Positions 59,949-64,000 of a DNA stretch of 64,000 nucleotides are shown in pieces. The notes below the pieces were generated by a model, which was not told where the DNA came from, ran no database searches, and saw only the letters and a list, made by a program, of their open reading frames with translations. A program made the translations under genes and the position numbers. Origin of the DNA: Selaginella moellendorffii (Eukaryota > Plantae > Lycopodiophyta); assembly GCF_000143415.4 (NCBI RefSeq), contig NW_003314361.1:124001-188000 (forward strand), in the 5' to 3' direction. Numbering within the stretch: the stretch's first letter is position 1; each line of letters starts with the position of its first letter.

Positions 59949-61901
59949 GAGCTGACGAAACGCAAACGCAACCAAGTTTTGAAGGTGTCGTATCTCTCTC
60001 GCTTTTCTCTCTTTGTAGCAGTACAATGGCATAGATCTCTAACACAGGAGCGTTTTGGTTTGAGCAGCGCTACGCTAGTATTGCTATGATTGATGTGATG
60101 GTGTTTCAATCTCCCCGGAGAAAAGTTTTATTCTCGGGAGCAAAAAGAAGGGCTGGATTTTTCACGTGACTGGGAATCCAGCTTTGATATTCAAGGCTGC
60201 GTGGCTCCCATTTTCAATCTTATAAACATGCAAGCAAGTCCACTAGCGTTCTCGGCGAGTGGACTGACGTGCAAGTTGCGACCGACCCCGCGAACCTTTC
60301 GCGGCAAGAGCTTTGAGAGGTGGCTGGTTGAGAGCAGCCCAAAAACAAAGATCCAAGCGAGTCCTTGGCAGCTTCACGCAACATCCCAGAGCCATGGATT
60401 TGTTTAAGAGTGCTCATCTCGTATCCATGGAGCCGACTGGTCCCAATGCCACGGGGGATTCCAATTGAAAAACTCGAGCTTCCATTCCATTCCAAATTGC
60501 TCGTGATTCTGGGCTCGCCAAATCGCGGGCGGCCCGTAGCTCAAGCTTACCTGTTGCGTGTCGGTCGGATGGAAAGGAAATCCAATTAAAACAAGGAATG
60601 AGAGAAAGATGGTACCACACCACTCCTCCACTCAGCGACGTTGTTGCCTCCTCGTTTGTCTCAGTGAATCGATGCTAGGATTTGACGAATGGATGCTGAC
60701 ATTTTCCATCTGCCATCTTTTCCATGATGTGGAAGAAGGCATGAATCCTCCTTTCGTGCATTATTCGTGTCCTCTTTATGGTGTTTGAGGGGGCGAGCCA
60801 CAAGAGCCACCAAAGAGGAGCCCGACGGAAAAAAAGCTTACAGCGCTTGGCTGGTTGTCCCCATAGCTGCCAGTCACACAACAGAGCAACAGTGCTGCAG
60901 TAGCCATGAGTGTCCCATTTGCTCTTCTTCTTTTTCTTCCATCTCTTCCTTTACAATCGCTTTTTCTCCTTGGGTTTCTTCTGGCCTTCTTCCTCCACTG
61001 ATTGGAGCTTGTTAAGAATCTTCTCCATCCTCGCGCTCATATCTCCAGCGCCATCACTACCGAGTTAGTCCAAGTATACAGCTCCTTGGAAATTTCCTCC
61101 GCGGGCGATCTTTAAAGAATGCTTCCATGCCAAAAACTTCCAAGTCATGTCCTTCCCGGTCCTAAGTGGCGGTCGCCATCTTCTGGCCAAGCCAAAATCA
61201 AAGATCCCATTCCCATAAAGCTATGGTATAAGATATATGAAATGTCCAAGAGTTGAAACCCGTGATTTCTCTCCTTTTCTTTCCCCGGTTAGCTCTTCGT
61301 TTTGAATAATCTTTGATGCGGTCCGTATATATACAAGACGAGCGCCCCTTTGTTCTCTCGTGAGCACTCCTCTCTTTTCCTTCAACTTAACTTTGAAAGT
61401 CCTTCCTTTCATTCCCTCTTTATCTCCAAGCTTTTCATGATCCTCTAGTTTCGCGAATCGTGATCCGTCCTCTCAAGTGAATGAGTTCTAGCCTTCAATG
61501 TGATAGGAGGAAGAACAACTTGGATCTTGTTTCCAAGCATGAAACTCTGAGATTTGCGTCGCTCGTTTTCGCCGATCATTCACAGTGCTTCTGAGAGATA
61601 GTGTCAGTACTAGCCCGATCTGATCATTCTCACTCACTCATCATAGCACATGTTCTTCCCATCACTTCACGTCTTGCCTTTTGGTTCGTGATATGAAATG
61701 CTCTAACTCTTTTCTTTCCTTCTCTTGACATCTCGTTCTCTCTCGTGCAGAGAAGTGACCTGCAAGCATTGCTGTGGTTGGAATCAAGGAAGAAAAGAGA
61801 CAATCCGTGATAGTGTCAAGACAAAGAAAGCAAAGAGAAATCCCATCCCGATCGAGCGAGCAAGCAAGCAAGCAAAAGCAAAAGCAAAGCAGTGTGGCAG
61901 T

Positions 61902-64000
61902 ATGGTGCAAAAGGAAAGCCACGATCACGTCAACGACACGGACCTGGACAATGTGGAAGTCATCAGCATCAAAGACCAGGTGATCTCCCAGGCAGTGCAA
62001 CGTCCACCCGCAAAGTCGTTGCTCCAAACGTTCTCCACCACTTCCAAGGAGACGCTCTTCCCCGACGATCCGTTTCGACACTTTCGCAACAAGCCGTCGC
62101 ACCGCCAGGCCATCATGCTGATGCAATACTTTTTCCCCATTCTCGACTGGCTTCCAAAGTACAAGCTCGGCTTCCTCAAGAATGACTTCATCGCTGGCAT
62201 CACCACAGCAAGCCTGTCAATCCCCCAGGTAACTTTCCATCACGTAGCCATTCTTCCAGCTGCTAAAGAGCTTGTCACTGTCTGTCAACCGCAGGGAATC
62301 GCTTATGCCAAGCTCGCAAACTTGCCACCAGTTGTAGGACTATGTAAGTGACGTCCTTTCTCTTTGCACTGGCCCGAGTAAACTAACGCTGGAAACTTTG
62401 CTTTGAAGATTCGTGCTTTCTCCCGCCGATGGTGTATGCCATCTTTGGCAGCTCCCGGGACTTGGCCGTAGGACCAGCTGCGGTCATCTCCATTGTGCTG
62501 GGAACTCTCATCCGAGAGGACCTCGGACCCGAAGTAACGGACCCGCGAGCACACTTGAGCCTCGCTTTTACTTCCACCTTTTTTGCAGGCCTCTTCCAAT
62601 TCTCGCTGGGATTTCTCAGGTCAGCCTTCGGTTTCTCGTGTCTTTGTCTGTGCTCGAGGAACACTGCTGTAAAATTTTGTTTTGCTTGGTGGCAGGCTTG
62701 GCTTTGTCATTGACTTCCTATCGCACGCAGCGACTGTCGGGTTCGTAGCCGGGGTGGCGGTTGCTGTGTGCCTTCAGCAGATGAGAGGCATCCTCGGCAT
62801 CCAAAACTTCACCAAGAAATCGGACGTTGTCTCCGTTTTACATTCCATCTTCCGTGACCCAGCACATGTAAGGTGTCAGCTCGCCTGTCGCAATACGTCG
62901 GAAGGATGAGCCTCGAAAAAGGATATACTAGAGCAAGTACTGACGACAGCCGGCTTGTTTCGTGTTGGTATTGTGTTGGCAGTGGAACTGGCGAACCGTT
63001 GTGATTGGGATCTGCTTCCTCACCTTCCTTCTGGGAATGAGGCAAATCGTAAGTTGACAGCCAGGAAGAGAAAAGGAAAAGAAAGCTAACGACGTGGTGC
63101 TTGTCTGTGCAGAGCAAAAGGAACAAGAAACTCTTCTGGCTTTCAGCTATCGCACCTGTAACATCGGTGTTCCTGGCAACGGTGTGTGTGTTTGCAACGC
63201 ACGCCAACGAGCACCTCAGCATTGTAATCTTTTCTTTCGCTCGCTCTTGCACCGTAAGTTACTTGCTTGTTCGTAGGTAGGACAGCTCAGGAAAGGGATC
63301 AATCCTCCATCCTTCAAGGAGCTACACCTGACCGGGCCTCTGGTATCAAAGGCAATGAAAAACGGGGTCATTGTAGCAATCATCGGTCTCATGGTACGTA
63401 CCAAAGTGGCTATCACGGATCATGGTTGACTGAAGAGTTTGTGTCCACAGGAAGCTATTGCAGTGGGACGAACATTTGCATCGATCAAGAACTATCATAT
63501 CGACGGCAACAAGGAGATGATCGCTTTTGGAATGGTGAACATGACGGGGTCTTGCATGTCCTGCTACATCACGACTGGTTAGTCATGCAAGGAAAAAAAG
63601 AGAACTTACACTTCGCTGATTGATGCTGATCGATCATATAACTTCCAGGAGCAATGTCGCGAACGGCAGTGAACAACAGCGCGGGATGTAAGACGTCGCT
63701 GTCGTGCATTTTCATGGCGCTCATCGTCATGGTAACACTTCTCGCCTTGACACCGCTCTTCCACTACACGCCCAACGTCATCCTCTCTGTAATAATCTTC
63801 TCCGCTCTCATCACACTCATCGATCCCGTGGAAGCGTACCACATCTGGAAGGTTGACAAGATCGACTTTCTGGCCTGCCTGGGAGCGTTTCTCGGCGTCT
63901 GCTTCCAGTCCATTCAGCTGGGATTACTCATAGCGGTGAGTCCACCAAAAGCATGCAAAGAAGTACCATGATTTTGTGGAACTTTTAACTTCCAGGTTGC
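61902..64000 (+). CDS. SULTR: Sulfate transporter (SulP/SULTR, group 3-like); truncated by window end
   Basis: KETLFPDDPFR.F, YFFPILDW..Y, DFIAGIT.ASLSIPQ|GIAYAKLANLPPVVGL, GSSRDLAVGP, DFLSHAA, YHIDGNKEMIAFG, SRTAVN, PLFHYTPN, WKVDK.DF. Confidence 0.95.

Noticed and set aside
60000-61900. Short ORFs and possible sulfur-response elements upstream of SULTR
   Set aside because: Read as promoter or 5' leader; no motif was strong enough to call by eye.
62014-62040. Possible miR395 target site in the sulfate transporter (GTTGCTCCAAACGTTC)
   Set aside because: Only partial similarity, with several mismatches opposite the miRNA 5' end.

Overview
Eukaryotic nuclear DNA from a very compact land-plant genome. 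The evidence is many 45-90 nt introns, intergenic gaps of about 20-250 nt and abundant PLS/E-class PPR genes; I infer a Selaginella-like lycophyte. Bases 1-8.3 kb are a decayed accessory region with fragments of Crinkler/RHS-type NTPase and restriction-endonuclease-fold effector genes, hAT transposase pieces and a LINE 3' remnant. From 8.4 to 43.2 kb is a tightly packed gene block: GT61, mS37-like CHCH, PRA1.H, remorin, two overlapping PPRs, alpha-tubulin, DIVARICATA-like MYB, NPL-FKBP, OTU, LRR-RLK, PPR, FAX1, HD2/HDT with an intronic C/D snoRNA, a PPR pseudogene, a DHAR pseudogene, thiolase, an SGS3-like gene and a PPR. From 43.2 to 52 kb is a second accessory island with an intronless 638-aa orphan membrane protein, a gypsy gag remnant and an AT-rich, probably Helitron-derived block. 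From 52 to 64 kb are MYG1, another possible Crinkler-like relic, coatomer beta, U2B'' and a sulfate transporter cut by the window end. The best leads are the Crinkler-like effector graveyard, a putative poison exon flanked by AUUGCA motifs in U2B'', the U30-type snoRNA in the HDT intron, a candidate conserved-peptide uORF on the MYB gene, the orphan membrane protein, and the frameshifted SGS3-like gene overlapped by a PPR ORF. All family calls come from motif recognition by eye; no database search was run.
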